A stretch of 64,000 bases of DNA, from positions 14,384,001-14,448,000 of the forward strand of contig CP158635.1 in NCBI GenBank assembly GCA_050273025.1, given 5' to 3'. This DNA comes from Cenococcum geophilum. Lineage: Eukaryota. Below are positions 39,348 through 51,333 of this stretch, one piece after another (position 1 is the first letter of the stretch; the number at the start of each line of letters is the position of its first letter). A program made the position numbers and the translations under genes. The notes beneath the pieces are model-generated. The model saw only the letters and a list, made by a program, of their open reading frames with translations. It ran no database searches and was not told the origin of the DNA.

Positions 39348-40027
39348 ATGCTTTTCCAATCCATCCTCGCCAGCGCCTCCCTTATGGGACTTGTCTTTGC
39401 GGCGAACCACGATGTCAAGGTCGGCATGGACGCCCTCACCTTTACGCCTAACACTACCACCGCTGCTGCCGGTGATACTGTCACCTTCCACTTCTATCCC
39501 CAGAAGCACAACGTCGTTCAAGCAGCATTTGCCTCCCCATGCGAACCCTCAACCAGTGGTTTCTTCTCAGGATTCGTTCCTACCAGCAGCGGCGAGTCAA
39601 TGACAACCTTCATGATTACAGTGAACGACACCAAGCCGATCTGGTTCTACTGCTCGCAAGCAAAGCACTGCCAGTCTGGTATGGTTGGCGCCATTAACGC
39701 TGCGTAAGTTCCACACTCCTAACATCCATACCATGATCTTCAAAACTAACTAGCGTCATCAGAACCACTGGTAACACAATCGAAAAGTTCATTGCGGCGG
39801 CAGCGTCAGCATCGAACAACACAACACCATCTGTTCCAGATGGCATGGGCGGCACGCTCTCCGCCATGAACACGACCGCGTCAGGCACAATGACAATGTC
39901 CATGTCGAGCACTGCCACCGGCGCTGCTGCCTCAGCCACAGGCTCTGGTGCCGCATCCGCCCTCGAAGTGAGCAAGGGTCTCGGATTCTCAGCAGCCTTC
40001 GCCTTCTTGGGCTACCTCTTCGTGTAG
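39348..40027 (+). CDS. Extracellular cupredoxin-like Ser/Thr-rich protein, probably GPI-anchored, 2 exons
   Basis: Signal peptide; AGDTVTFHFYPQKHNVVQ...PC; WFYCSQAKHCQSGMVGAIN (His/Cys/His/Met copper-type ligands); Ser/Thr/Ala-rich stalk and hydrophobic C-terminus. Confidence 0.88.
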
Positions 40028-41029
40028 GAAAGAAAACGGTGTTATGCAACCAAGACGAAGGATGATGATTAAGAAAAGATCACAGCGAGAGTTCCACGTG
40101 CTCTTGGCGTTAGGTTTGGGTAAGGGCGTATTTGCGGCATCTAAATCTGACTCAAGATATGCAGGAAGCAGGTTCTGTCCCTTATCTCGGGCTTTATTTA
40201 CGAGAAATTGGCGTCGGCTGTGCGATTGTACAAAAATGTTCCTGTAGCGATGTTCCAATGAGATTATATCATGACCTCACACTTTCTGCCTCGGCCAGCC
40301 ATCGTGACCCCAGGCTGTACGCGCAACCCACTTCCGAGCCTCTAATGCTTCACTGCTTAGTCTCGTGCACACTAAGTTGCTTGGCCCTTGTTGCAGGCCC
40401 TTCTTTTGTGGCTGCACTACTAAATATGCTTATCTTAACCTGCGCTCACCGACACTCCTAGCTGACGCCCACAGAAGAAGCAACAGCTCACTTTAGCTTT
40501 TTCACATCGCCCCAACCTCGTTAGTTGAAACCGTTGATCCCATTTCCGGCACCACTCGTAAGCTTAAGAGGCAATGCAAAGCTTATCAAATTAGCACAAA
40601 GCTACCAGACCAGCCACGCCCGCGAAACTTTGGTTCTACATGTCTTGGCGAACGCGCTTTGCATCGATAGCTCTCTAGAGAAGCGGAGAATTAACTTACG
40701 TGCCGGGCCACTACGGCAGCGAAGGACGGCAGAGCGCCGCCATCCACCACAGCCGCCGAACCGGTTTCGCGAAGAAAAAGCAACCCAACGCTAAAAGTAA
40801 GACATTTCTGACAACAGACGACTCAAACACTAACTACGCCTACAAATATACCATTTATTCTGTGCCGCGTTGGGGAGCAATTTATTTTGCTCTTTTCATA
40901 CCAAATTGTATTTGGGTGACAGTTTGAAGCACCTTAGAGCTTAACATATAGAGGAACTTAATTTCTCAATCATCTGTAGCCTTTCACAAATACACAATAC
41001 GAGCCCTAATTAGATTATACGCCTCGACG

Positions 41030-42847
41030 TTAGGCGCTCTGCTCTCTCACTTTCCTCTTCCGGATCAGCACCCTCGCACTCGAATCTAAGAATATGTTAT
41101 CGTCGATCATAAAATTCTTCGGCCTGCCTTCACCCTCCTTAAACTTGATCTCCCAACCCATCAACAGCCTCACCAGAATCATCTTCATTTCCGTGCTAGC
41201 AAAAAAGCGGCCGGGGCATGCGTCACGCCCATGACCCCAATTCAAACTGTTTTTGTCCGTCATCACGAAGCGATGCTTGTTCATCTCAGATTCCGCCGAT
41301 AGCCGCTTACGCTCCCAGCGGAACGGATCGAAAACCCCAGGGTCAGGCACGATCGCGGGGTCGTGCTGCAGGTTGGAGGCCGCACATGCGAGGTGCGTGC
41401 CGCGCGGCAGGAATGTTCCGTCGGACAGCGTGATGGGGACTTTCGCTACGCGTTGGAAGGAGATAATGGAAGGTGGCCCGAAGCGCTGCGATTCGCGGAG
41501 GAGTGAGTCCATTTTACGCAGCTTGGGGAGCGTTTCCTTCTTCACGCCTCGGTCCTCAGCGAGGACTTGAGCGATTTCCTCACGGATCGGAGCTAAGTAT
41601 TCGGGATGCGCGCAGAGGTCATAGATAGCATGGGTCAGGCCCATTGTGGTTGTGTTGATTGAAGCGATGGTTAGGATCATCTGACGACTTGCTAGTGTAG
41701 CGGGAACTCGCTCCTTTCCCTTTGCAATGTCAACCATCCAATTTAGGAGTGTTGGCTGCTCTTCGCAGGTTTTCCCTGCCGCAACCTTCTCAAGATGTTC
41801 TTGGATCATTGGATATATGATCCTCTTGGCAACGCGAAGATTGCGGTGCATCTGATACCAGGTCGGCACCACCCAAGCTAATATGGGATGAAGGATTGGT
41901 GGAAATCGACGAAGAATGAAGGCTGTCATAAACACATTTAGCGTGTAATCGATCGAGGCCGTAAGCCATTCTTCGTTGCGACAGACTGGGTGGCCCAGAA
42001 AGACTCTTGCAGTGATACGGGCGACAAGGCGTTGAAGCATGTCTTCAATATTGATCTCAGTCCATTCTGTACATCCTCAGTCACCGTGTACTCCATCCCC
42101 GGTTAGAATTTAATGGGGCAATACCTTCAGATTTTGAAACTTCTGCTTCAATGGCAAAGTCCGCTTCATCTTGGATAACACCTGATATCTTTCCCAGATT
42201 TGGTGTGAGTTTGGCTTGGAGGACTCGAATGTGTAGATCACCATCCAAAGCGATTTCGGTAGTCGTAAATTTTCCCATATTCTAATGCATATCAACAACA
42301 TGATCACGACAACTTGGCATATATTCCCGCCAATTTTCTGACATCTTCTGAAGAATGGGATCCATTACTGTGATGCAACTTCTTACACCTTATATTCCTT
42401 TGAATGTGTCTAGCCGAAAGATGCCACATTTCCCGATAGGAAACAAGTACTTACTTTTTGAAGCGCCTCAATTGCACCAAGTTTTGAGTGCGGAATTGAC
42501 CGTAATTCTTCGACATATTTGTTGGAAATGATCAGCATATCTGTGTCCATTCGATGAACGACGAACATGCTATCGCGGAACTTTCGATATCCCTCCTGAA
42601 CCATTGTTCGCGCTTCAAACATAAAACGAATCCGCAACCAAAAGGTTGGCTCCCAAAAGCCACGATACCCAATATACGGTGCTTTAACTTTGTTGACATT
42701 GTTGATGATTAGAGATATCAAAAGTGACGAAGCGACAGTCGCGATTATGTACCTGAAAGTTCTTTCCTTCTCAAAGAGATCTATCCACGGTTCTGTAGTT
42801 GATACCGCAGTGAGAAAATACCCCTCTAATTGACGAGAGACATTCAT
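41030..42847 (-). CDS. Cytochrome P450, ent-kaurene-oxidase-like (CYP503-type), 528 aa, 3 exons
   Basis: Exons 42847-42455, 42281-42125 and 42066-41030 join in frame. N-terminal TM helix, GYRGFWEPTFWLR, LQAKLTPNL, I-helix ASINTT, ESQR, FDPFRW, heme motif WGHGRDACPGRFFA. Family assignment is from recalled motif similarity. Confidence 0.9.
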
Positions 42848-43299
42848 GATTGACAGGTGAATTGATATGACAGGACTGATTGACGACCACGAGGTTCCAG
42901 ATAATAGGAAATGATAGCAGGCGAGGGATCATCCAAGCGAATAGCACGGACTAACTAGAACTTGGAACATCGTTATAAAGAAACTCTTCATAACGGTGAA
43001 TATGTAAAAGATAGAGATTTTTCGGCTGTGGAGTCTAGTCTGGTTAGAAGACCCGGAGACGTCCAATGGGAAGGGAAGTATCATGAACAAGATCCGCGTC
43101 AACCGCGTGAGGAGGCAAAATCTGACAGGTTCTCTTCCAAAGACTTACAGCAATCGGATGCATCAAGAAAGCAAGCAGGGTTCTGAGTGGTGTCCTTCGA
43201 GAACGTGTACGAAGAAGTATCCATACGGACCAGATCCGTCTGCGCAGCTAATGCGGGGCCCTGTATGTACAGCAGGGGTGCGTAAGTACTGGCATGTTA

Positions 43300-44657
43300 C
43301 TGTGGTTTTCTTATCTTCTGCAAATTCGCTTGATAAGAACCGCCCGCATCACAATACGCATCAAAAAATACACACCCTATCGTCCCACTAAATATAGCTC
43401 TGTATTTTATATATAGAGGCCTATTTTATAGCTCTATTCTAGGGCTATAAAATAAGCCCTTATTTATATAATTTAGGGCTGTTTTTGTGGAGTTATAGGG
43501 GGTGCTTATTGATAGGAATGGAGGAGGGTCGCGATCGCGCAGAGCCTTAATTCAAGTTTTACAGCTACCTCCCACAACTCTACCAAAATAGCTCTAAATT
43601 ATATAAATAAGGGCTTGTTTTATAGCTCTAGAATGGGGCTATAAAATATGCCTCTGTTTATAAAATATAGAGCTGTATTAGTGGGGATATAGGGGGTGCT
43701 TGTTTTGGGGGCAGGGTGGTTCCTAGATTAGTCAGCGCAGAGCCTCAATTTAAGTTTTTCGGCTGTTGCAAAGTACCCCATATAATTCCACCAATATTAG
43801 TCCAATTTGTATAAATAATGGCTTATTTTATAGCCCTAGAATAGAGCTATAAAATAGGCCTCTATTTATAAAATATAGAGCCGTATTAGTGGGGCTGTAG
43901 GGGGTAGCTGTAAAACTTGAATTGAGGCTCTGCGCGATCGCGACCCTCCTCCATTCCTATCAATAAGCACCTCCTATAACTCCACAAAAACAGCCCTAAA
44001 TTATATAAATAAGGGCTTATTTTATAGCCCTAGAATAGAGCTATAAAATAGGCCTCTATATATAAAATATAGAGCCATATTTGGTGGGGCTATAGGGGGT
44101 CTATTTTTTGATGCGTGTTGTGATGTGGGCGGCTCTTATCAAGCGAATTTGCAGAAGATACAGTCGTTTAAGAAATATCGGGAACTCGCTTGGAGCGACG
44201 ACGCGCGCATCCACCCTACCATCAAAACAATACACCCCATATAGCCCTACCAATATAGCTCCAATTTATATAAATAAGGGTTTATTTTATAGCTCTATTT
44301 TAAGGCTATAAAACAAAAATTTATTTACACGATTTAAAGCCAAATTGGTAGAGCTATAGGGGGTGCTTTGCTAAGGCTGTAAAACTTAGATTGAGGCTCT
44401 GCGCTGACTAATCTGGCCCCTCTCCCTCCAAATATAAGCACCCCCCATAACTCTACCAATTTGGCTTCAAATTGTGTAAATAAAACTGTATTTTATAGCC
44501 TTAAAGTAGAGCTATAAAATAAACCCTTATTTATATAAATTGGAGCTATATTGGTAGGGCTATATGGGGTGTATTGTTTTGATGGTAGGGTAGATGCGCG
44601 CGTCGTCGCTCTAAGCGAGTTCCCGATATTTCTTAAACGACTGTAAGAAAACTGCAG
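43300..44657. mobile_element. Modular foldback element A (TA-flanked; right TIR split by element B)
   Basis: Ends CTGTGGTTTTCTTATCTTCTGCAAATTCG... and ...CGAATTTGCAGAAGATA[B]AGAAAACTGCAG; inverted arms of more than 250 bp built from repeated, internally palindromic modules. Confidence 0.75.
44161..44643. mobile_element. Foldback/MITE element B, about 200-bp TIRs, TA duplication
   Basis: CAGTCGTTTAAGAAATATCGGGAACTCGC...GCGAGTTCCCGATATTTCTTAAACGACTG, flanked by TA at 44159-60 and 44644-45. Confidence 0.85.
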
Positions 44658-45030
44658 TACAGTCGATGGCCTCCCAGTTTCCAGCATCCTAGAAGTATGT
44701 TGAGTCGGTGCACCGCAGCAAGATTAGTCAATTAGTTCGTCTGATGACATGGCGATTGGGTTCCTAGTGCTACTCAATCCTATCCTACGGTTATCGATAA
44801 GGGACCAACCAACCGGAGAACCCGGTTCAATGCAAGTGCCCAATCAAAAATTTGCCCGGCCCAGCACTCCCAAAATGGATTGATAACGACAACACAACAT
44901 CTTCTCTAGGCCTGCGCTGATCGCCTGCAACACCCAAGCGCTTGCAGAATCCTATGGCAATTCGAAAACATCACACATGACTCTAGTACCGTCCCCTGCG
45001 TTCCCTGTGCCGCCTGCAGTGTTCGGATTC

Positions 45031-45285
45031 GCTATCATGATTCTGGTGACCCAACGCCTCGTCGCGGCACAGTAAGGGACGCGGCACAATTACGGCATTC
45101 TCAGTAGTCCAACTATCGGGTCTTCCAACTTTCATTCCCAATGGCTGATATTCTCGGGCTTGCTATCATGATGCTAGCGAAGCAACTCCTCGTCGCGGCA
45201 TAGTAAGGGATGCAGCACAATTACGACATTCTCAGCAGTCTAACTATCGGATCGTCCAACTGTCATTCCCAATGGCTGATATTCT
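45031..45285 (+). repeat. Tandem direct duplication (period 131 bp) upstream of the diterpene synthase
   Basis: GCTATCATGA...CCTCGTCGCGGCA.AGTAAGGGA...CATTCCCAATGGCTGATATTCT at 45031-45154 and again, diverged, at 45162-45285. Confidence 0.85.
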
Positions 45286-45588
45286 GGTCTGACCGGAACG
45301 ACCGATGTCCGTCTTCCATGCGGTGAACAAAACGAGTGGGGTTGATACAGTTGCCAATGCATACATAGTCTAGTTGCAGGTCCATAGCTAGCCACCATGT
45401 ATCTTTTGTGGGGTGTTCAAGGTAGCTTCTATGCCTTTTATATCTTGGGATGTGTCTGGAACTCCTCTTTGCCGAGGTCATAGCCTTTCACGCTTTTTTT
45501 TTCATCCCTTCTGCCTCCCTCTGTGATTCTCGAAGCTTACGGGTTTCTATATGGTCGTTTTTCTCCCTTAAAGTTTCAATTTATCTCA

Positions 45589-48500
45589 ATGCCTTGTGGA
45601 TGTGGAATACAAACCAAGGCTGCAAGCCTTGTGCGATCGCTGGCGCTGGCTTGCACCCAACGCCATGGTTTTGGATCGATGTCAGCTGGGATTTACGATA
45701 CCGCCTGGGTGGCCATGATTGAAAAGACCGTGAACAACAAGAAGGAATTTCTTTTCCCCGAATGTTTTCAATCCCTGTTGGAGAGCCAGCTCCCTGATGG
45801 GTCGTGGCAAAGATATGCGTCAGATTTGGATGGCATATTGAATACTTTGGCAGCTCTTCTGGCATTAAAGAAGCATATGGGAACTATGGGTCTACAATCA
45901 GATGATCTTGCTTCTCGATGCTCCAAAGCGGAGAAGTCTCTTCAAGCCATGCTAGGTAAATGGGACGTTGGTGCAGCCAACCACGTTGGCTTTGAGATTT
46001 TAGTGCCAGCGTTGCTCCGATTGCTGGAGGCGGAACGGATTTTCTTTCATTTTCACGGCCGTAAGCTGCTTATGGACTTAAATGCAGCGAAACTTGCACG
46101 ATTTGATATCAACATTCTCTATAAGCCCATACCAATCACCCAGGTACACTCTCTGGAAGCCTTCGTTGGTACTCTCGATTTCAACAGGGTCATCCATCAC
46201 AAAGCTAATGGAGCAATGATGGCTTCTCCCTCGTCTACAGCAGCATACTTGATGAACTGCTCGGTATGGGATGAGGAAGCTGAAGCGTATCTACGAACTG
46301 TATTAAATTCAGCCCAAGGTACCGACAGGCGTAGTCTTCCATGCGCTTTCCCAACTACAGTATTCGAGCTGTCATGGGTATGGCCTTTTAACTCTATATT
46401 CTATTTGGGGATTGACCAGTATTAGGTAATCACCACTCTCCTGGAAGGAGGATTTTCCGCCAGCGAATTAGATCCATCCCAGCTCTCCGTGATCGCAGAT
46501 TGTCTAGAACAAAACCTGACGACTCACGGCGGTGTTGTTGGTTTTGGTACTCTCAAATGACTCCGCTGGTTGTGGAAATACCCAAGCTAATAGTGAGCAG
46601 CGACTTCCTGTCTACCAGATGCTGATGATACAGCGAAGACTATTATGGCCCTACATCTCCTTGGAAGGTCGGCATCCGCCACACCCATGATCAGAGAATT
46701 TGAAGGCCAATCACATTTCATAACCTACAAAGGCGAACGAAATTCAAGTTTTAGTGCAAATTGCAACGTTCTTACTTGCCTTCTTCATCTCCTGGAGCCA
46801 TCAAAATACTCTCTCCAGATAGTCAAGGCGACGAAATATCTTATTTCCTCATGGCGAAGTGGAAAATTAAAAGATAAGTGGGTAAGTACTCGAAACCTGT
46901 TTTTAAATAAAAAATTTAATACAACTCGTCTGATGCAAGAATACAGAACTTGTCACCACAGTACTCTATGATGCTTTTGGCTCAAGGGCTCGTCCAGTTA
47001 TTATCATGTTGGCAGGAAGATAAGATCACGGATTTGCCGGAAGTTCTTCTAAACTACCAAATTCCTTTGGTCTCGTTCCAGATCCTTCTCCAGACAATGC
47101 AACGACAACAATCAGATGGGTCTTGGGAATCGAAGCATGAGGCTACAGCATACGCCGTATTGACTCTTACGTGTCTGTCTTCTCTCCCCTGGATACACGC
47201 CATGGCGGTCGATGTGGTTTCCGCAATTGAGCGAGGAAAGGAATATCTTCACCAGACTCGCCAACTCTGGACGTGTGGTGATTACCTTTGGGTGGAAAAA
47301 GTAACCTACTCCTCGACAAATTTGTCCCAAGCTTATTGCATTGCTGCAATTAAAGCTACCGCCTTCTCTCGCCATTGGGGATCAGAAGTACAGAGACTCA
47401 GCGATGTCCCACTGAAATCTGTTACAAAGTTTGTGAAATTCTTTGCCATGATACCAATGTTTTCGGAGGAGCTCGCGTGGAAGCTTAGAGCCGCCATGAT
47501 TGAAGGTTATCTTTTTCTTCCGGAGCTAAAACGAGTCCGGTCGGACATCTTTCCTCCACAAAAATCATTGAAAGAAGACAAATATGTGGAGTACCTCGCC
47601 TTCACTTGGACTGCACCGAATACGCTAAACGGAAGCTTTCTCAACACCGATATAATGTCCGATATGATCATTCTGTCCTTGCTCATATTTCAGATTGACG
47701 AGTATATGGAGCTGGTTATCATCGAAAATTTCCGACACAACCTCGACCCAATCAAAGAAATAGTCCGCCGACACTGCGAAGCTTTCAGTGGCTGTCTACC
47801 ACATGCCGGTCTAAACGGAACTTCGAAAGTCAACGGCAATACCAACATTTCAGCCACTCCTTCACCAACTTCCATTAGCCCGCCCGGTAGCCCCAAAAAT
47901 AGCACGAGCCCTCATACTCTCTCATCGGTCAGCTCCGTTCTGGCTAAATTTATTTCCTGGGTCCTTCAGCATCCGAAAGTCGTCGCCAGCACCCCTAAGC
48001 TACAGCGCCAGCTTGCACAGGAAACCGAAGGCTACATCCTCGCTCATCTTCACCAACTGGAGGATAATACACGGTTCTGGCAGCAATCCGATATGCCCAC
48101 TGACCGCACCATTACCTTCTCCACGCCACGCAGCACATACTTCAGCTGGGTACGGAACATCGCTGCAAACCATATCGCTTGCCCTTACTCCTTCGAGTTC
48201 TTCTCATGCCTTATCAGCGGGAGCCCAGATAAAGATCCATTCCCTGGTGCACGCGCAAAGTATCTCGCGAATGACCTCTGTCGCCACCTCGCGTGCCTCT
48301 GCCGACAGTACAATGATGCTGCCTCGATTCCGCGTGACCGCCTAGAGCGGAACCTCAATAGCGTCAACTTCCCAGAGTTCAGCGAGCACCATCCCACCGG
48401 CAAGGACGAATCTCCTGAGGATAGGGAAGCCAGGATGAAGAAGGACCTGCTGTGGATCGCGGAGTATGAACGAGAATGCTATACGGCTTCCATGAAGCAT

Positions 48501-48809
48501 TTGGGTAAGGAAAAAGAAGTCAAAGAGGAGACGATGAAGGCCCTGAGGGTGTTTGTAGATGTGACAGACTTGTACGGCCAGATGTATTTGGCGAGAGATA
48601 TCACGACGAGGATCAGAGGTGAGGGTTATCAGCGCGAGGAGGGGGGAGAGGAGGTGGCTAAAGCTGAGGTAGGCAAAACGGAAGTGGTTCGTGGGGTGAT
48701 TCAAGAGCCCGAAGAGATCCAGAAACCAGGGGGAATGATAGTGCGAAAGGACTCTGGAATCATGATTGATGGCGAGTTTCCGAGCTTGGAAGTGCAGGTT
48801 GTGGCTTAG
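45589..48809 (+). CDS. Bifunctional class II/class I labdane-related diterpene synthase (CPS/KS-type), 1017 aa, 4 exons
   Basis: Exons 45589-46377, 46426-46546, 46601-46881 and 46947-48809 join in frame. YDTAWVA, QLPDGSW and QQSDGSW (QW repeats), SPSSTAAY, class II DADD, LWVEKVTY, class I DEYME, NSE-like YNDAASIPRDRLE. Confidence 0.93.
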
Positions 48810-48960
48810 CGGACAGGATCCGGGCAGCAACTCTTGGCAGTAACTTTACTGCCCGAATCTTTTGATCAGCGGCGGCCCAGCAGGCGGTAAGGGTAGCCAA
48901 GGCACTACTCGAGCACCTATTTTACTAGTAAAAGCCATACAAATGCAATGTTTACTAATA

Positions 48961-49297
48961 CAGTAAAATCTCCTTAATACGATATAGGGTATATAACGAT
49001 AACCTCTACATTACGATCTACACCCCTTAATCAAGCCTTTTTTGGTGTAATATTACGATAATCTGACTTTTGGCAATATCGTTAAGCACCTACCACCAAT
49101 ATCGGTATAACCAGTAGAGAATTTGTATGGAGAGGACCCTATTTAGCCCGCGAGGTAGACATCCTAAGCCTTTTTAGGTATTAAGCTCCTCTTTTTCCTA
49201 CTTATTCACCCAACACGTGACTCTTAATATAACAATACCATTGGTATTACGATACGCTCGGCCGAACAAACGGTATCGTACTAAAGAGATTTTACTG
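48961..49297. mobile_element. pogo/Tigger-like MITE (337 bp)
   Basis: TA-CAGTAAAATCTCCTTAATACGATA...TATCGTACTAAAGAGATTTTACTG-TA; a related copy lies at 57416-57761. Confidence 0.85.
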
Positions 49298-49479
49298 TAC
49301 TCCGTTTTAGCCGCCCTAAGGGCGCTATACCGGGTCTTCTATTTTATAGAGGTAGATCCTAGGTAACTACCTATCTTAACTACAGAAGTGATTCCGTAAG
49401 GCCCTTATCCGCCTATCTACTATATGCTATAAGCATATAGTGCCCAAAAGAGAAGCAAATACCTAAAATTAAAATTATA

Positions 49480-50450
49480 AGAATATATATTTTATATTTT
49501 ATATTTTATATCTATTGTATTATACTACGTATAATACTACACATATAGCCTTAGGCTATAGCGCTATAGTTCTATATATATAAATTCTTTCTAAGCAGCT
49601 TAATATATACTAGTAGCTATATTCTAGTAGTTTATAAACTCTTAAACTAGGAGTTTATAGTACCTTAGTAAACTACTAAGTTACTATAACTACTAGAGAA
49701 TAAGAAAACGGTAGCAAAGGTGATAAGAAATCTTAATACCTATCCCTATCCTTTTGCAATTTATTTCTATCCTTTTACTCTTTAATATCTTTTTAAGAGC
49801 CTAGGAGGAGTTGCCTCTCAAAATCCTATTAATTTTATTCTTCTATAGAACCTTCTTCGCTAGTACTATCTACTAGTTTGGCTGCTTTAAGAGTCTTATA
49901 GTCTTTACTATTAATAAAGTGTTTTTCCTTACAATTAATATAAAGAGGGGTAGTATGCTTATAAGGCTTGCCTATTATTATATAGGTAGAATAGGCGTGG
50001 TCTTAAGATAGATATATAGCCGCATAATATCTATAGGCCCTAGTAAAGCATCTATCTCCTATATAGCCAAATTTTTGGCAGCTAGTGCACTGCGTAGTAG
50101 GAGAGACTTTAAGGTATTTTACTACCTTAGTAGCTGTACCTGCAATTAAAATATCTTTTTACTTAAGGATTTCCTGTCTTTTTTCTTTATTCTTTATAGT
50201 AAAAACTATAAAGCCAAATCTAGTTTATAGATTATGCCTTTTTACACTAGATAGGATCTATTTAGGTAGTCTTTGTATCCTTATAGGATTAAAGGTCTTA
50301 ATTTCTTCTTTTAAAAGCTTAGAGCCTCCTTCTCCTAGGAAAAGTAAGGTAGGAAACCTATAGGCTATAATTTAAACCTATAGTTCTAGTTTTTATTCCC
50401 TTTAAAAGGTAAAGTAGTTATACTAGATTTCTGTAAGAGGCTAGCCTAAC
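49480..50450 (-). mobile_element. RIP-mutated LINE (Tad1-like) ORF1/gag remnant
   Basis: Minus strand EEIKTFNP...IAGTATKVVKYLKVSPTTQCTSCQKFGY...INCKEKH, i.e. tandem degenerate CCHC knuckles with C/H to Y RIP changes; AT-rich tail near 49490. Boundaries approximate. Confidence 0.7.
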
Positions 50451-51333
50451 TAGAACGTATAATTATCTAATTAACAGTGTCACCGGTAAGTAGAAGGTAA
50501 GTTAAAGGTAAAATAAGTTTTTATATATTAAAGGACAAATACTTTTAACCACTTCTATTTAGAGACTAATTGCTAGTTCTTCTCTAGAGGGGAACTAGCT
50601 TCCTATATATTTCTTCCAAGATGCTAATAAAACCTTTCGCCCCTAACCTATTTAACTATATCTTCTAGAATATAGATGGGATATAAATAAAACCTCCTAC
50701 CGTCTTATTGGATATGTACCTCTTAGGGGATTCTATTACAATTACCTCCCCTTTTAGGGTCTTAGTCCTTTAAGACTTCGCCTCTACTAAGCTTTTATAG
50801 AGTTCCGGCTAAAACTACTAGGGAAACCCTTAGTAGAAAGGTACTCTATAATGCGACTTATCGCTAGCTCTTTACTAGCGCGGAACTTTACTTTATCTTT
50901 TATTCCTCTGCTCTTCTCCTACCCTAGCTCCTTATAGTGTTTTCGTAATAGGATTTTAATAATAGTAATAAAAATTTAGTGGGATTTACCTCTCTAATTT
51001 TAGGAATTTGTTATAAATGGATCTGGAGGTTATCCGGTATAACACGTTAACTAACTACTATTCCTATTTACCTAAATAGGCCTTAATAATAACGTCTTTT
51101 ATTTTAATTTCTTTCTATTTATAAGTTATCGTCTCTCCCTCGTCCTTCTATTAATAACACTATTCGTCTTATTCTTAAATAGGCTGTTTTCATTATATCT
51201 CGCCTTTTAGCTTCTATATCTCTAGCCGTACTTCCATTACTACCTTATTATCTTTTCTTAACGCGTTTATAAGCAATAGGATCCCTACCTTATCTCTTAT
51301 AATAATGCTAACTTCTTAGAGTATTCTCTTATA

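Noticed and set aside
41030..48809. Calling this a gibberellin cluster
   Set aside because: No GGPP synthase, further P450s or desaturase are in the window, and the product skeleton cannot be read from motifs.
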